Shown: positions 1 to 9,400 of the stretch, piece after piece
Position numbering within the stretch: the first letter of the stretch is position 1
How the letters are laid out: every line of letters begins with the position of its first letter
Source: Acaryochloris thomasi RCC1774
Lineage (GTDB): Bacteria; Cyanobacteriota; Cyanobacteriia; Thermosynechococcales; Thermosynechococcaceae
DNA length: 32,000 nucleotides
Direction of reading: 5' to 3'
Assembly (NCBI RefSeq): GCF_003231495.1
Contig: NZ_PQWO01000032.1
Location: 7,300-39,299 of the forward strand
The notes under the pieces: model-generated
What the model was told of the DNA's origin: nothing
The model's database searches: none
Seen by the model: the letters and a program-made list of their open reading frames with translations, nothing else
Translations under genes and position numbers: made by a program

Positions 1-1
1 A

Positions 2-121
2 CCACCTGCCGTGAAGCCCATTGCTAAGCCCGCAGCTCAACCCAAGGCAAGGACGCCGCGCCCCACATTGGAAGATGTTATGAGACAGGAGGCAGAGCGT
101 CGTCTCGGGGAAGCGTCATAA
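2..121 (+). CDS. 3' end of a gene truncated by the window edge (tail ...EDVMRQEAERRLGEAS*)
   Basis: Frame 2 is open from the window edge to TAA at 119-121. A hairpin plus T-run follows it. No start codon is visible. Confidence 0.3.
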   Translation, partial: PPAVKPIAKPAAQPKARTPRPTLEDVMRQEAERRLGEAS

Positions 122-175
122 CTTCCTTGGCGATGTCGTTTTGTCTTCACTAGCCACACCGTAGATATATCAGCG

Positions 176-207
176 CTCTCAGGGTCATACCTGGGAGCAT
201 TTTTTTT
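176..207 (+). terminator. Intrinsic terminator-like hairpin plus T8 run
   Basis: CTCTCAGG (176-183) pairs with CCTGGGAG (190-197) with one G-U pair and a 6-nt loop. A run of eight T follows at 200-207. Confidence 0.55.
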
Positions 208-210
208 CGC

Positions 211-248
211 TTCGACAGCTTTTTGCCCCACTTGCAATAGATAGATAT
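211..248 (+). promoter_or_regulatory. Copy 1 of the conserved bipartite motif (TTCGACAGCT-N11-TTGCAATAGATAGATA)
   Basis: ACAGCT at 215-220, TTGCAA at 232-237 and TAGATAGATA at 238-247. It is near-identical to six other copies in the window and points into the plus-strand gene block. Confidence 0.6.
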
Positions 249-446
249 CACAACCAACTTGTTTGGCGCATAAGCCCAGCAGATTAGTTTTTGTTGGCAG
301 AGAGTCGGTGCGTAACCCGACTCATATTTTCAAGCCACTTAGAGCAATTGCTCAGCGATCGCTCCGAGTGGGGAGAGAAGGCCGTTGGTCTGCTAAGGCA
401 TAGCCTTCGATTGCTGGAAACACCCAAGTCAGTCGGAGGACGACCA

Positions 447-686
447 ATGGCAATTCCAGCGCACATCTGGAACAAGCACTTTCCTGAGAGTAATGCTGTG
501 GTGCCCGAGCCGCAGTATGCGATCGGCGAGGAGGTTTACCTGAAACTTTGCCCAGAGAGGAGGTTTATCGTGATTCGGAACTACATAGCCTACGAACAAC
601 CGACGTCAGCCGGTGAGCGATGGCTAGAGTTATCGAGCTGCGATCGTCCTGCTTTCTGGAAAGAGAATCAGCTCCAGCGTGTGTAG
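447..686 (+). CDS. Hypothetical small protein (79 aa)
   Basis: ORF track gives 291..686. ATG 447 follows GGAGGA with 6-nt spacing, while the 291 TTG has no RBS and its N-terminal extension does not look protein-like. A hairpin GAGTCGG/CCGACTC lies in the leader at about 301-323. Confidence 0.5.
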   Translation: MAIPAHIWNKHFPESNAVVPEPQYAIGEEVYLKLCPERRFIVIRNYIAYEQPTSAGERWLELSSCDRPAFWKENQLQRV

Positions 687-751
687 ACGATAGGAGCCTG
701 TGGTTATTCCACGGGTTCCTATGACCACCGTAATAAATATTGGAGAATGAA

Positions 752-1285
752 ATGAGTACTCAACTGATTACAGCTTTATCAACTGTCATTAACCAGCTAG
801 AGAATGGTATCCGCTATCAAGTCTCTCGTGGGCTGCTGGATATGAAGAAAATGGACAGCACAAAGTACTGCCTAACCTCCCATTTGGTCAGTGCTCTAAC
901 TGACTTTAGCAATGTCACTCTTGAGCAGAAGCTATCGGATGGCCCCATTGGTCTAATTGCTGGGAACCTGTCATGGAAGACGGCAATGCAGTTTTGGGAC
1001 GAATATCATCATCTATTGCAGCCAGGGATGGGCCTCTATGAGGTGTGGTCGTCTATTCAGTCTGCGGGCTTGACTCCTCAGGATCTAGAGGAGCTGGAGT
1101 TGCTAGGAAATCAACAGGTGAAGGAGCACTTGGGCGTACCTTCTGGGTATTACCTGGATAGCGATCGCTACGAGGTGGTGCTGAGGTACCTGACAGCATG
1201 GCGCGATCTTCTTTCAGAGAGTATTTCTCAGTCTCATGCGATCGATGGTGGCACTCAAAAGCAGCTAGCTGCTACGGCGTCTTGA
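752..1285 (+). CDS. Hypothetical protein (177 aa)
   Basis: ORF track gives 740..1285. ATG 752 follows GGAG at 742-745. No family recognised. Confidence 0.6.
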   Translation: MSTQLITALSTVINQLENGIRYQVSRGLLDMKKMDSTKYCLTSHLVSALTDFSNVTLEQKLSDGPIGLIAGNLSWKTAMQFWDEYHHLLQPGMGLYEVWSSIQSAGLTPQDLEELELLGNQQVKEHLGVPSGYYLDSDRYEVVLRYLTAWRDLLSESISQSHAIDGGTQKQLAATAS

Positions 1286-1380
1286 CTTGGTTGGAGTGAA
1301 CCTGGATAAGGCGAATCGTATTATTGCTTATCGAAAAGGAGTATTCATTCGCCTTCAACAACGTCAGCGGAGTAATTCAC

Positions 1381-1656
1381 ATGCATATTTTATTCATCAC
1401 AGAAGATAGGCAGCAGCTTGAACAATCGTTGTCTCTCGACGATAGATTCACCGATTTATTCGCCCGACACCCGCTGTCTGCTCAGGAAGTACGGTTGATT
1501 GTCAATGGACGCAAGTACAACACCTGTTGTACTTGCGTTGCGACTCCTGTGGAGGCAGCAGCTTTGCCTGAGTTGGCTGTTGCGAATCTGAGAATGAATG
1601 AGGCTGGGGAGACTGCGATCCCAACTTCCTTGGATCTAGGAGGGCTGATCTCATGA
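1381..1656 (+). CDS. Hypothetical small protein (91 aa)
   Basis: ORF track gives 1324..1656. ATG 1381 follows GGAG with 8-nt spacing. Its stop overlaps the next start (ATGA at 1653-1656). Confidence 0.5.
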   Translation: MHILFITEDRQQLEQSLSLDDRFTDLFARHPLSAQEVRLIVNGRKYNTCCTCVATPVEAAALPELAVANLRMNEAGETAIPTSLDLGGLIS

Positions 1657-1841
1657 GGCACTTGGATTTGCTTGGGAGAGTGGGTAGTGGGAAATCTGTA
1701 TGCATCAGTACCCAATTGCAAGACTCACGAAGCGACAACAGCGCACCACTGCCTTTCGGTGGTTCGGCTGCTGTTGAGGCTGCAGACCTGCCTCCGGTGG
1801 CTTTGGACGATCTGCGGGAAAAGGGGACGCTTGATGAGTGA
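1653..1841 (+). CDS. Hypothetical small protein (62 aa), translationally coupled
   Basis: It overlaps the upstream gene by ATGA and the downstream start by 8 nt (ATGAGTGA). It shares the motif VEAAxLPxxAxxxL with the preceding protein. Confidence 0.45.
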   Translation: MRHLDLLGRVGSGKSVCISTQLQDSRSDNSAPLPFGGSAAVEAADLPPVALDDLREKGTLDE

Positions 1842-2151
1842 TTTCTTCGGCATAGCATCAAGGCGATTGTTGGGTCTCGTTGAGCAAATGGCTGATGAGT
1901 CCAGTGAATCTGCTGTGGCTATTCTAAGGTCGCCAGACTTGCGAGATCGCCTTGTTTCTTCTGACGATGGCGTGGTTTTGGAGACCCAGATTAGGCCGGA
2001 TGGCATTCATCGGACTGTACTTGGTTCCGATAAGAATTTTTTCGCGAATATTGCCTCCGGTCCTGGTCGCAACACCTTCGATGGGATCGTGGCTGGTGCA
2101 TTGAGGTTGGTAAGTGAGAGCGATGGAGAAGGAGTGCGACCATGCAGATAG
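1834..2151 (+). CDS. Hypothetical protein (105 aa)
   Basis: ORF track gives 1672..2151. ATG 1834 sits in an overlap with the upstream stop and follows AAGGGGA. Its 3' end overlaps the ATG at 2142. Confidence 0.5.
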   Translation: MSDFFGIASRRLLGLVEQMADESSESAVAILRSPDLRDRLVSSDDGVVLETQIRPDGIHRTVLGSDKNFFANIASGPGRNTFDGIVAGALRLVSESDGEGVRPCR

Positions 2152-3674
2152 TGGTACAGAAAATAGGTGACAGCAGCGTTTTGGTGACACCTGACGGCCA
2201 GCCAATCCCATACGTTGATTGTGACGATTGGACGCTTCATTTGATGCCCCAGATTTTGATAAACAGTCGGGTTTCCTCCGTCTCTCTGATTAGGGCGAAT
2301 CTGAAGTTGAGGAATGATGGCGCAGGTCCATTAGGGTTGCCGCATTTTACCTTTCATAACGTCCTGCCCATCGACGTTCAGATCACTCAGCCCTTCCCTA
2401 ACGAGAGCTTTTATGTCGCTGGGAGTGTTGATCGCAAGATGGGTTGGGAGTTTCCATTGCTAGAGAATCAGACCTGGGCCGAATTGTCTTTAACTTGGGA
2501 AGTTGATCAGAATCAGCCTTGGACGATCCATCACCGCATCAGATTCAATTTGGAGCATACACAGCAGGGTCATCTCTTCTCAATGGCGAGTGCCAACACT
2601 ATGTTTGGCATCAATTCTCAAAATGCGAAGGCGATCGCGCACTTCGATGAATCATCACTGGGTCATACATTCGCGAAAAGCGATGATTCGTTTCACTGCA
2701 GATTTGATAAAAGTCACTTCCGTATTGATTTTGAGCAGACACTTGACCTCCAAAGCCATGCCTGGAGTGACGTGCCCCACCTTGAGTTGCTTGAGAATCA
2801 AACCCAGCTCCACAATATCGAGCCAGCTACAACGTTTTCGACCTATCGCAAAGAGCATCTTTCTTGTGCTTGTTTAGAGATCCCCTCTGACGTTTTGCTT
2901 GAAGCCGTAGAAGATGCGCGACAAGAGACTCATTCATTGTCAGCGGGTCAGTACCACACTTCAAAAGCAGTGCGAAAGATTTGCGACTGGTGGAACCAGA
3001 ATGCCCCGGTCGAATCCTTTCGCCATGCGGGAGGCGTCGAGATTTGGTGTCGGGTCGAAGATGGTCCTGAATATTGGTCGGCTCAGGAGGAACGACCTGA
3101 AACAGATATCAAGTGCCTCTTAAAGCTAGACCCGAACACCTGTGCCCGTTTTGGCGATCACTTTTTGATTTACTTCCTAGAGAAGCCATCGGAGAATCGC
3201 ATCGACGATAACGATACTCGCTATATCAACTATGTCGATGGAACAAGTTGCACGAATATCTGGGATGAAGTCGAATATAGCTACTTCTCTTGGCAGAGCT
3301 TGTCTGTACTTCCTACGATGTTTCCGGTTGCTTATGAGCAAGTGTTGGCTAAGGGATACAGCCTTACTTCGCCAGAGCGTTTAATTTCTCAGTACCAGAG
3401 TGGAGAGCGTCGTTTTCCGATCCTCGCGCTAAGAGGCGCTAACTTTTCTGGGATGGATTTACGAGGCATCGATTTATGGGAGAGCGATCTGCGGGGTGCC
3501 AATTTTAGTGGTGCGAACCTTGAAGGTGCATGTCTGGTGGGTTGTGATTTGCGAGGGGTAGATTTCTCGTATGCCAATCTATCGCGCACTGATCTTCGTA
3601 ATGTGTGGATTAAAGCCACGAATCTCTATGGGGCCAATCTAGAGGGGGCAGATCCTTGGCCTCCAGGTGCTTAA
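2142..3674 (+). CDS. Large protein with an unknown ~420-aa N-terminal region and a C-terminal pentapeptide-repeat domain
   Basis: The C-terminus reads ANFSGMDLRGIDLWESDLRGANFSGANLEGACLVGCDLRGVDFSYANLSRTDLRN, a classic A(D/N)LXX tandem repeat. GAAGGAG lies 7 nt before the ATG. Confidence 0.85.
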   Translation: MQIVVQKIGDSSVLVTPDGQPIPYVDCDDWTLHLMPQILINSRVSSVSLIRANLKLRNDGAGPLGLPHFTFHNVLPIDVQITQPFPNESFYVAGSVDRKMGWEFPLLENQTWAELSLTWEVDQNQPWTIHHRIRFNLEHTQQGHLFSMASANTMFGINSQNAKAIAHFDESSLGHTFAKSDDSFHCRFDKSHFRIDFEQTLDLQSHAWSDVPHLELLENQTQLHNIEPATTFSTYRKEHLSCACLEIPSDVLLEAVEDARQETHSLSAGQYHTSKAVRKICDWWNQNAPVESFRHAGGVEIWCRVEDGPEYWSAQEERPETDIKCLLKLDPNTCARFGDHFLIYFLEKPSENRIDDNDTRYINYVDGTSCTNIWDEVEYSYFSWQSLSVLPTMFPVAYEQVLAKGYSLTSPERLISQYQSGERRFPILALRGANFSGMDLRGIDLWESDLRGANFSGANLEGACLVGCDLRGVDFSYANLSRTDLRNVWIKATNLYGANLEGADPWPPGA

Positions 3675-3727
3675 GAACCATGTATTGAGATATTTGTGTC
3701 AACAACAAGTTTGGAGAATGTGAACGT

Positions 3728-4345
3728 ATGCAATCAACTAATGCCAAAGCCTCTACGCCAGTTGACGAGATCCTTCTGCCAGCTCAGGCTGCGGCGTTCC
3801 TGGGTGTGACGGAGGAGCAGTTGCACAATGCTGTGTGCCAGGGTTATCTACCTGGGGCTTGCATTGATGGTCAGTGGCGGTTTAGCAAGCGCGGGCTGAG
3901 TAAGTTCTGCTGGCAAAGAAACAATCACAACGGTTCCGCGCCCTGGCTTGAGAACTCCTGTGGTCCCTACTGGTTGGGCGATTGGGCTGAACAAAAGGCA
4001 AAAGGTGTGATCGAGGCTTATGAGGCAGGGGAAAGATACTTCCCTGGACTCTCCATAAAAGGTGGACGTTTTGATGGTCAGGATCTTAGTGGTATTGATT
4101 TTTGGGAGTCCGGCTTGAAGGGTGCAAGCTTTTCTGGATGTATTCTCAAGCAGGCCATTTTTGTTGGTGCGGATCTTACCTCAGCCGTATTCAGGAATGC
4201 AGATCTATCCGATGCAAACCTTGAGGGAGCTGTGGTTGAGGATGCTGACTTCAGTGGAGCTATCCTGAATCGGACTAACTTTGCGGTCAGCTTGATGAGT
4301 GGAGCAAAGCTAGATGGAGTCAGTATCAGCATGGTCTCCTTCTGA
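3728..4345 (+). CDS. HTH (excisionase/MerR-like) fused to a pentapeptide-repeat domain
   Basis: The N-terminus LLPAQAAAFLGVTEEQLHNAVCQGYLPGACIDGQWRFSKRGL resembles excisionase-type HTH domains. The C-terminus has GQDLSGIDFWESGLKGASFSG...ADLSDANLEGAVVEDADFSGAIL repeats. Confidence 0.8.
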   Translation: MQSTNAKASTPVDEILLPAQAAAFLGVTEEQLHNAVCQGYLPGACIDGQWRFSKRGLSKFCWQRNNHNGSAPWLENSCGPYWLGDWAEQKAKGVIEAYEAGERYFPGLSIKGGRFDGQDLSGIDFWESGLKGASFSGCILKQAIFVGADLTSAVFRNADLSDANLEGAVVEDADFSGAILNRTNFAVSLMSGAKLDGVSISMVSF

Positions 4346-4417
4346 CGGTTCGACTCTTGTGAGCAACAGTATTCACCCCGGTTCATTTTCGTTCTTTGTG
4401 TCTGGAACTGAGTTTAT

Positions 4418-5089
4418 TTGTGTAATGTAGTTGGAGCATGGCAGCTAGTGGAGTTAATCGACAGAAGCATTGCTGTGTCAGGGTCGAGTGAGATAAACCT
4501 TGAAGATGCTATATCCCTAATTAGTCTGGACAAAGAGCATATCCTCTCTGATGTAGGTAGGGGGAGGATAAAGGCAACTCGTGTGAATGGTGAATGGATG
4601 TTCGATCGTCAGGATTTATGTGTCTATCAGTACTACTACTATCCAGATTGTGATCAGTTAGAGCCATCAACTCTCTCTTTCCCGACGCCTTTGACCCCGG
4701 AGTCTGTATGGCGTGAGTACCAGCGAGGAGCGAGAGATTTCTCTTGCAGAGCAGTGAGCAACAATGCTGATTTTTCGTGTAAGTCATTGCCAGAAATTGA
4801 CTTTAATTATTCAAAGCTTGCGGGTGTTAACTTTGAAGGCTCAGACCTGAGGCAAGCCAACTTTCGCGATGCCAATATGTTTAGGGTCAACATGAGAAAT
4901 ACAAAGCTGGCTGGGGCTAGCTTTGAGGGCGCTGAACTGCGAATCGTAGACTTCTCTGGTGCAGACCTAACCAATGTTAATTTCGGTGGTTCAAAAATCG
5001 GAAAGATTCAGCTCCAAGACGCAATCATTCGGAACACCCAGTTTTTCGAGGGAATTCTGTTGACAACAGTAAAGCCAGATTATCGGTAG
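4418..5089 (+). CDS. Second HTH plus pentapeptide-repeat protein, a paralogue of 3728..4345
   Basis: ISLISLDKEHILSDVGRGRIKATRVNGEWMFDRQDL parallels the HTH segment of the neighbouring protein. The C-terminus has VNFEGSDLRQANFRDANMFRVNMRNTKLAGASFEGAELRIVDFSGADLTNVNF repeats. The start is uncertain (TTG 4418 or GTG 4448). Confidence 0.75.
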   Translation: MCNVVGAWQLVELIDRSIAVSGSSEINLEDAISLISLDKEHILSDVGRGRIKATRVNGEWMFDRQDLCVYQYYYYPDCDQLEPSTLSFPTPLTPESVWREYQRGARDFSCRAVSNNADFSCKSLPEIDFNYSKLAGVNFEGSDLRQANFRDANMFRVNMRNTKLAGASFEGAELRIVDFSGADLTNVNFGGSKIGKIQLQDAIIRNTQFFEGILLTTVKPDYR

Positions 5090-5109
5090 ATCGGTAGAGA
5101 GGAAATTCG

Positions 5110-5493
5110 ATGATTCAAGTTCCATCAGTAGAGCGGCAGATACCTCGGTACTGGTCTTCCAGTAAGCCAAAGTACCCTCTCCATGTGAGAACGGTGACTA
5201 TAACAGGGCACAGTGGTTTCATAACGGGCGTGGAGCAGTGTTTCTCAAGTGAGGGGATTGTATGGCGATACCAAATAACTTCCATTGAAGGCAGCGAAGT
5301 CATTGTTTGGGATGACAATGGAGAGAAGGTGATAGATATTGCCCCAGATTCCAATCGTGATATCTACCAGCCCTCTTCAGAATTGGTAGCTCATCTCACG
5401 TCATTTGCCGATGAGCTTGAGCAACAAGAATTTAAGCGGGAACAGGAATCAGAACAAAAGGTTGATGAGGGTTTTGGTATTGATGATGACTGA
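5110..5493 (+). CDS. Hypothetical protein with an acidic C-terminus (127 aa)
   Basis: GAGAGGAAA precedes the ATG. It is the last gene of the plus-strand block. Confidence 0.6.
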   Translation: MIQVPSVERQIPRYWSSSKPKYPLHVRTVTITGHSGFITGVEQCFSSEGIVWRYQITSIEGSEVIVWDDNGEKVIDIAPDSNRDIYQPSSELVAHLTSFADELEQQEFKREQESEQKVDEGFGIDDD

Positions 5494-5497
5494 GAGG

Positions 5498-5806
5498 TTA
5501 ACCCCCCAACCCCCAGCACACCCCCAGCATCAGCCGACACCAGAGGTGCGCCAGCCGCTGCAGCAGGTTTGGGTACTTCCCCAGTCGTTGGGTACGGACG
5601 CGATCGCCCCAGCCGAGCCAGCGATGGATGAAGCGGTGGGAGCCGGGAGCCAGCGGGAGTAGGTCGATTCCGATCAGCTCGTGGCCGTATCTACGGTAGT
5701 TCGTATGGTGGACATGCGCGTACTTATAGGTGCGTTTCCAGGGGCACAGAGCGCAGCGGTAGTTCCAGCGCTTGAGCGTTCGTTTTCTCAGTTCAACTGC
5801 CGTCAT
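5498..5806 (-). CDS. Degenerate HNH-type nuclease-like protein
   Basis: It has the first CxxC and the His-His of an HNH motif (CALCP...HVHHTNYRRYGHE...DLLPLAPGSHRFIH). The second Cys pair is replaced by Ala and Ser. Confidence 0.5.
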   Translation of the reverse strand: MTAVELRKRTLKRWNYRCALCPWKRTYKYAHVHHTNYRRYGHELIGIDLLPLAPGSHRFIHRWLGWGDRVRTQRLGKYPNLLQRLAHLWCRLMLGVCWGLGG

Positions 5807-5842
5807 AGTCTCTGTGTATCTTCTTCTTGGTACCCTGTCAGC

Positions 5843-6211
5843 ATGAGGCGAAAGATACCGCTAATGGATAAGGCGATCGCAAGTCTGTCGCTGCTGGGCG
5901 TTGTTCTGATTTTGGTTGCGGCATATCGTAATTTCTTGATCAATGGGACGCTTGCCACAATCGGCTTCCCGAGTCTGATGATGGTGGGCGTATTTTTCAC
6001 CCTGCCAACAGTTGAGCTATATCGATACCGGCAGATAAAACCACTGGGTATGTCCTTTCGGGCTGTCATGGTTCTGATCGCAGATCGTTTGTTTTCCGGT
6101 GATCAGCAGTTCGCTTCGATCTACTGGGAGATAGCCGCCGTTGCGATCGCCCTGCTGTTTGTCTTTTATTTCCCTCGGTTGTGGGGAATGGTAGCTCGTA
6201 AAGTTTATTGA
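5843..6211 (+). CDS. Small integral membrane protein (122 aa, 3-4 hydrophobic helices)
   Basis: ORF track gives 5681..6211. ATG 5843 avoids overlapping the opposite-strand HNH ORF. Hydrophobic stretches include LLGVVLILVAAY, LMMVGVFFTL and IAAVAIALLFVFYF. Confidence 0.55.
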   Translation: MRRKIPLMDKAIASLSLLGVVLILVAAYRNFLINGTLATIGFPSLMMVGVFFTLPTVELYRYRQIKPLGMSFRAVMVLIADRLFSGDQQFASIYWEIAAVAIALLFVFYFPRLWGMVARKVY

Positions 6212-6459
6212 AATTCACTGATTAACCAGGACTTGTAGCGCTCAACTAAGGCCCGGATAAAGGCCCATTCTTCATCACTGGGATCTGAGAGAACGCCCAG
6301 GTTTTGCCAGCCCCTTTCATAGCAGCGCAACATATCAAAGGGTTCCAAGGACTTCAGCTTTTCCTTATCCGCTTGCCAGCTAATAGCTTCAAGGAAAGGG
6401 AGCTGTTCTGGAATATCGATTGCGTCCATTCGTTTGATCATTTCGTGCTTTTGCTCCAT
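6205..6459 (-). CDS. Hypothetical protein (84 aa) downstream of the relaxase
   Basis: ORF track gives 6205..6567. The internal ATG 6459 lies 20 nt after the relaxase stop and avoids an 89-nt overlap with it. Confidence 0.45.
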   Translation of the reverse strand: MEQKHEMIKRMDAIDIPEQLPFLEAISWQADKEKLKSLEPFDMLRCYERGWQNLGVLSDPSDEEWAFIRALVERYKSWLISEFQ

Positions 6460-6478
6460 CTTGGCAAATTTCCTCGCA

Positions 6479-9400
6479 TCAATACTCAAACCCTTCCTCT
6501 TGCTCCATTTCATACTCATGAGCCGCAAGCTCCTTCTCCAGCCAGGGACTTTCCTGCGCCCATTCATCCAGTGTCGAATAGCTCAAGTCGCTCAACTGAT
6601 TACCCCGCGCCAGCCAGTCGTCGATCCCCAGCTTGCCCTGGTCATTCCCTGGCATCTCGGCCACCTCCACCTTGGCTCCCTGTTGCTCTAGCAGCCGACC
6701 GAACCGATGCATTGCGATGGCAACATTCCGTAGTGTCTTGGTCTTCTCCGGTGGATCTTTGTCGAAGCACAGCACCACCGTCCGGCTCTGCCAGTTGTAT
6801 TGCTTGAGATGTCCATCGAGATACCGCTGCTCATTGTCATCTTTGCTGTAGCCCCCATTGACGCCATTGAGAGCAATCGCATCAATACCCCTGGTATAGA
6901 TTGCAGCGCCCTTCTTGGCCCCTTCAGTAATCCAGACTTCCTTGGTTTCGTTCTTGATGTCATCGAGATCCTTGGCAAAGGCAAAGTGACTGCGGTGTGA
7001 GGGCAGGTTTTGTGACGCCTTTGGAATAGACTCGTACTTGCGTTCTTTCAGCTCTGGCTTGTAGTTTGCAGGCTTTTCCAGGTTCTGCACCTGACCATTT
7101 TTCAGGTAGATGGTGAAGCGATCCTTGTCCTTCTCCTCAGTGACGGGTGTATTAGGCTTGAGTTGCCCCCACGGTTCGCCATTGAACGGCCTGCCTTCAC
7201 ACCAGAGTCCGCCCGCTTCAAGATGCTCGTATCGAGCTAAGAACTTTTCTACCTGAGCTGTGGTGTATTGGGTGCCGTGGCCTGCGAATTGCCCCATCGC
7301 GTAGTTGAGTAAATGTTCCTTGGCCCCTGGCCCATCGAGAGACCAGAAATACTTCGCAGCCACTTGGGGATGGATTGATGAATCTTTGACCAGCTCCACC
7401 CACCGCTCTTTCTCGATGTAAGTGGGTCTCAGGTATTCCAGCGCTTGCAATCTCTGTGTTGTCCACACTCGTCCTGTCTTTTCTGTTGACTGCTGTGGAG
7501 CTTCGTTAGCTACTTGAGCTTCAGCCTCCAGCCTGTCCTTCTTCAGTACCGGCTTTTCAACTTGTGGCTGAGTCGGTGGCTGGGTGGGTTGCCTATCCTT
7601 CTTCAGTACTGGCTTCTCCACCACAGGTTTTGCCTTCTTCTGAGGTTTGGGTGTGACATCAATGCCCATATTCCGCATCTGCTCCGTTAATCTCTGCAGC
7701 TCCTCTCTCGACACCTCAGGATTGGACCTGAGTGTCTGAACGAGCAGAGCCAATCGCTGTACATCGGCCTGCTGCTCAATCCAGTTTTCAACGTGATCGC
7801 CTAGGCCCACAAAGACCTGCATGTGTTCGGCTATGGCATCCTGTTGCTGGGTCTCGTGAATCGCCTTAGCTAGCTCCTGCACCCCTTCAAGAGAAGGCTG
7901 CTGCCTCGTCATCTGCTCTAGGCTATGGCCCACATGGTTGAGCTTATCGGTGAGGCCCGACTCTAGCAGTGTCCCCACGTCGGCCTGCTGTTGAATTAGC
8001 TCAGCCAACTCAGCCATCTGTGGGTACTGCATCCACTGTTCCAACCTGCCGCTGACTTCAGTGATGACCTCAGCCACCTGCTCCATTGCTTGCTGTTTGG
8101 TGATGACCTCTGCCAACTGTTCGATGCCATGTTGTCCTCTGAGACGATCCATCACGCCCGAGAACTCAGCGGCCACCTCAGCAATGAGCTGTTGCTCCTG
8201 CCAGCCGTGTAATGCCTCCGCTAACTCCTGCACCTGTGGCCTGACGGTTGACGGTCCCGTGAACTCCCGAAGTAGCTCCATCACCTGAGCTTGATCGCCT
8301 GCAGCCATCGCCTCCACCATGCGCTGTTCGTTGGTCCACTGCCCCACAGCGTTAGTGATGTGATCTGCCACCCCTTTTGTGAGGCTCTGGTCAATCTGTA
8401 GCTGCAGAGCATCAAGCGTCTCTGAGATGAGGGGCAACGACTCAGCAAAGGTTTGTTCGATGTCACCTGAATGAATCACTTCAGCTAGTTCTTCTATACC
8501 CTCGAAAGTGATTCCTGATGGTCTTTGGTTCTCAACGACGCTAGCTAGCTCCTGCAGCTTTTCACCTAAGCCAGATTCAGCGATTACCTGCAGGTCCGCA
8601 TTCGTCTGAATCGCATCGGCGAGTTCAACGAGATTGTGATTCTGGCTTAGGTGCTGCAAGCGTTCTCCAAGTGCGGCACCCACCTCCAGCATGACCGCTT
8701 CAGCTTGGTTGTGTGAGATCGCATCTGCGAGTGAATCAATGGAGCTTGAGAGATCAGGTTGATGAACCTTCTCTTGAGCCAGCTCCAGTGATTTGTCGAT
8801 GGTCAGTCCTAACTTTTCTAGCGCCTGATTGATGCCCGGTAGCGTTTCCGCCAATACTTCCTGAGCATTAAAAGTATTGATGTCGTTGGCTAGTTCGTTG
8901 ATGGAGCGTTTGAGGGCTGCATCTGATTGGTCTCTAGAGACGTTGGCAGGCTCGCCGTATCCGGTAGATCGATCGTCAGTGATGAGCGACCCGTTAGCCC
9001 GTGCCGCTTCAACTCTCCCACTAAGTCTTGCAACTGCTCCATCCAGTCTTGATTGGTGCCCAGCATCGAGACGTTGTTGAGCTGCGCGTCGTTGATTTGG
9101 GTCATCAAAGCGTCGAGCCTTCCGTAAAGCTGCTTGATGCTCTGGGCTAGGTCGTCGTTCTTCTTGCCCTTCAGCGCTTCGCTCAGTGCTTCGGTGAACT
9201 CCATCAGATGCCCGTTGAGAACCACTGGCATTGTATTCATCGACTGATTGACCAATTGATGCACCTTCTTGTGTCTGGCTTCGTTGTTCTCGTTGAGCTG
9301 TTGATTGTGCTGGATCAAGAGCCGATTCTGTTGCTCGACTGACATCAACCGTCCGTTGGCTGTCTCCAACTGCCTGCTTATGGTTTGGTTCTGCTTCTCG

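Noticed and set aside
37-237. ORFs 37..237 and 11233..11442 (minus strand) start with similar peptides, MQVGQKAV and MQVAKIAV.
   Set aside because: Both start at the TTG of the palindromic TTGCAA and simply translate the reverse complement of the conserved motif. They have no RBS and no protein-like continuation, so the similarity comes from the DNA motif.
291-446. An N-terminal extension of ORF 291..686 from a TTG start.
   Set aside because: There is no RBS at 291, and the strong GGAGGA sits before ATG 447. The extension contains a stable hairpin and does not look protein-like. It is treated as a leader.
5405-5662. Plus-strand ORF 5405..5662, with a Pro/Gln/His-rich product.
   Set aside because: It is low-complexity and overlaps both the 3' end of gene 5110..5493 and the opposite-strand HNH-like gene. 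It is probably spurious.
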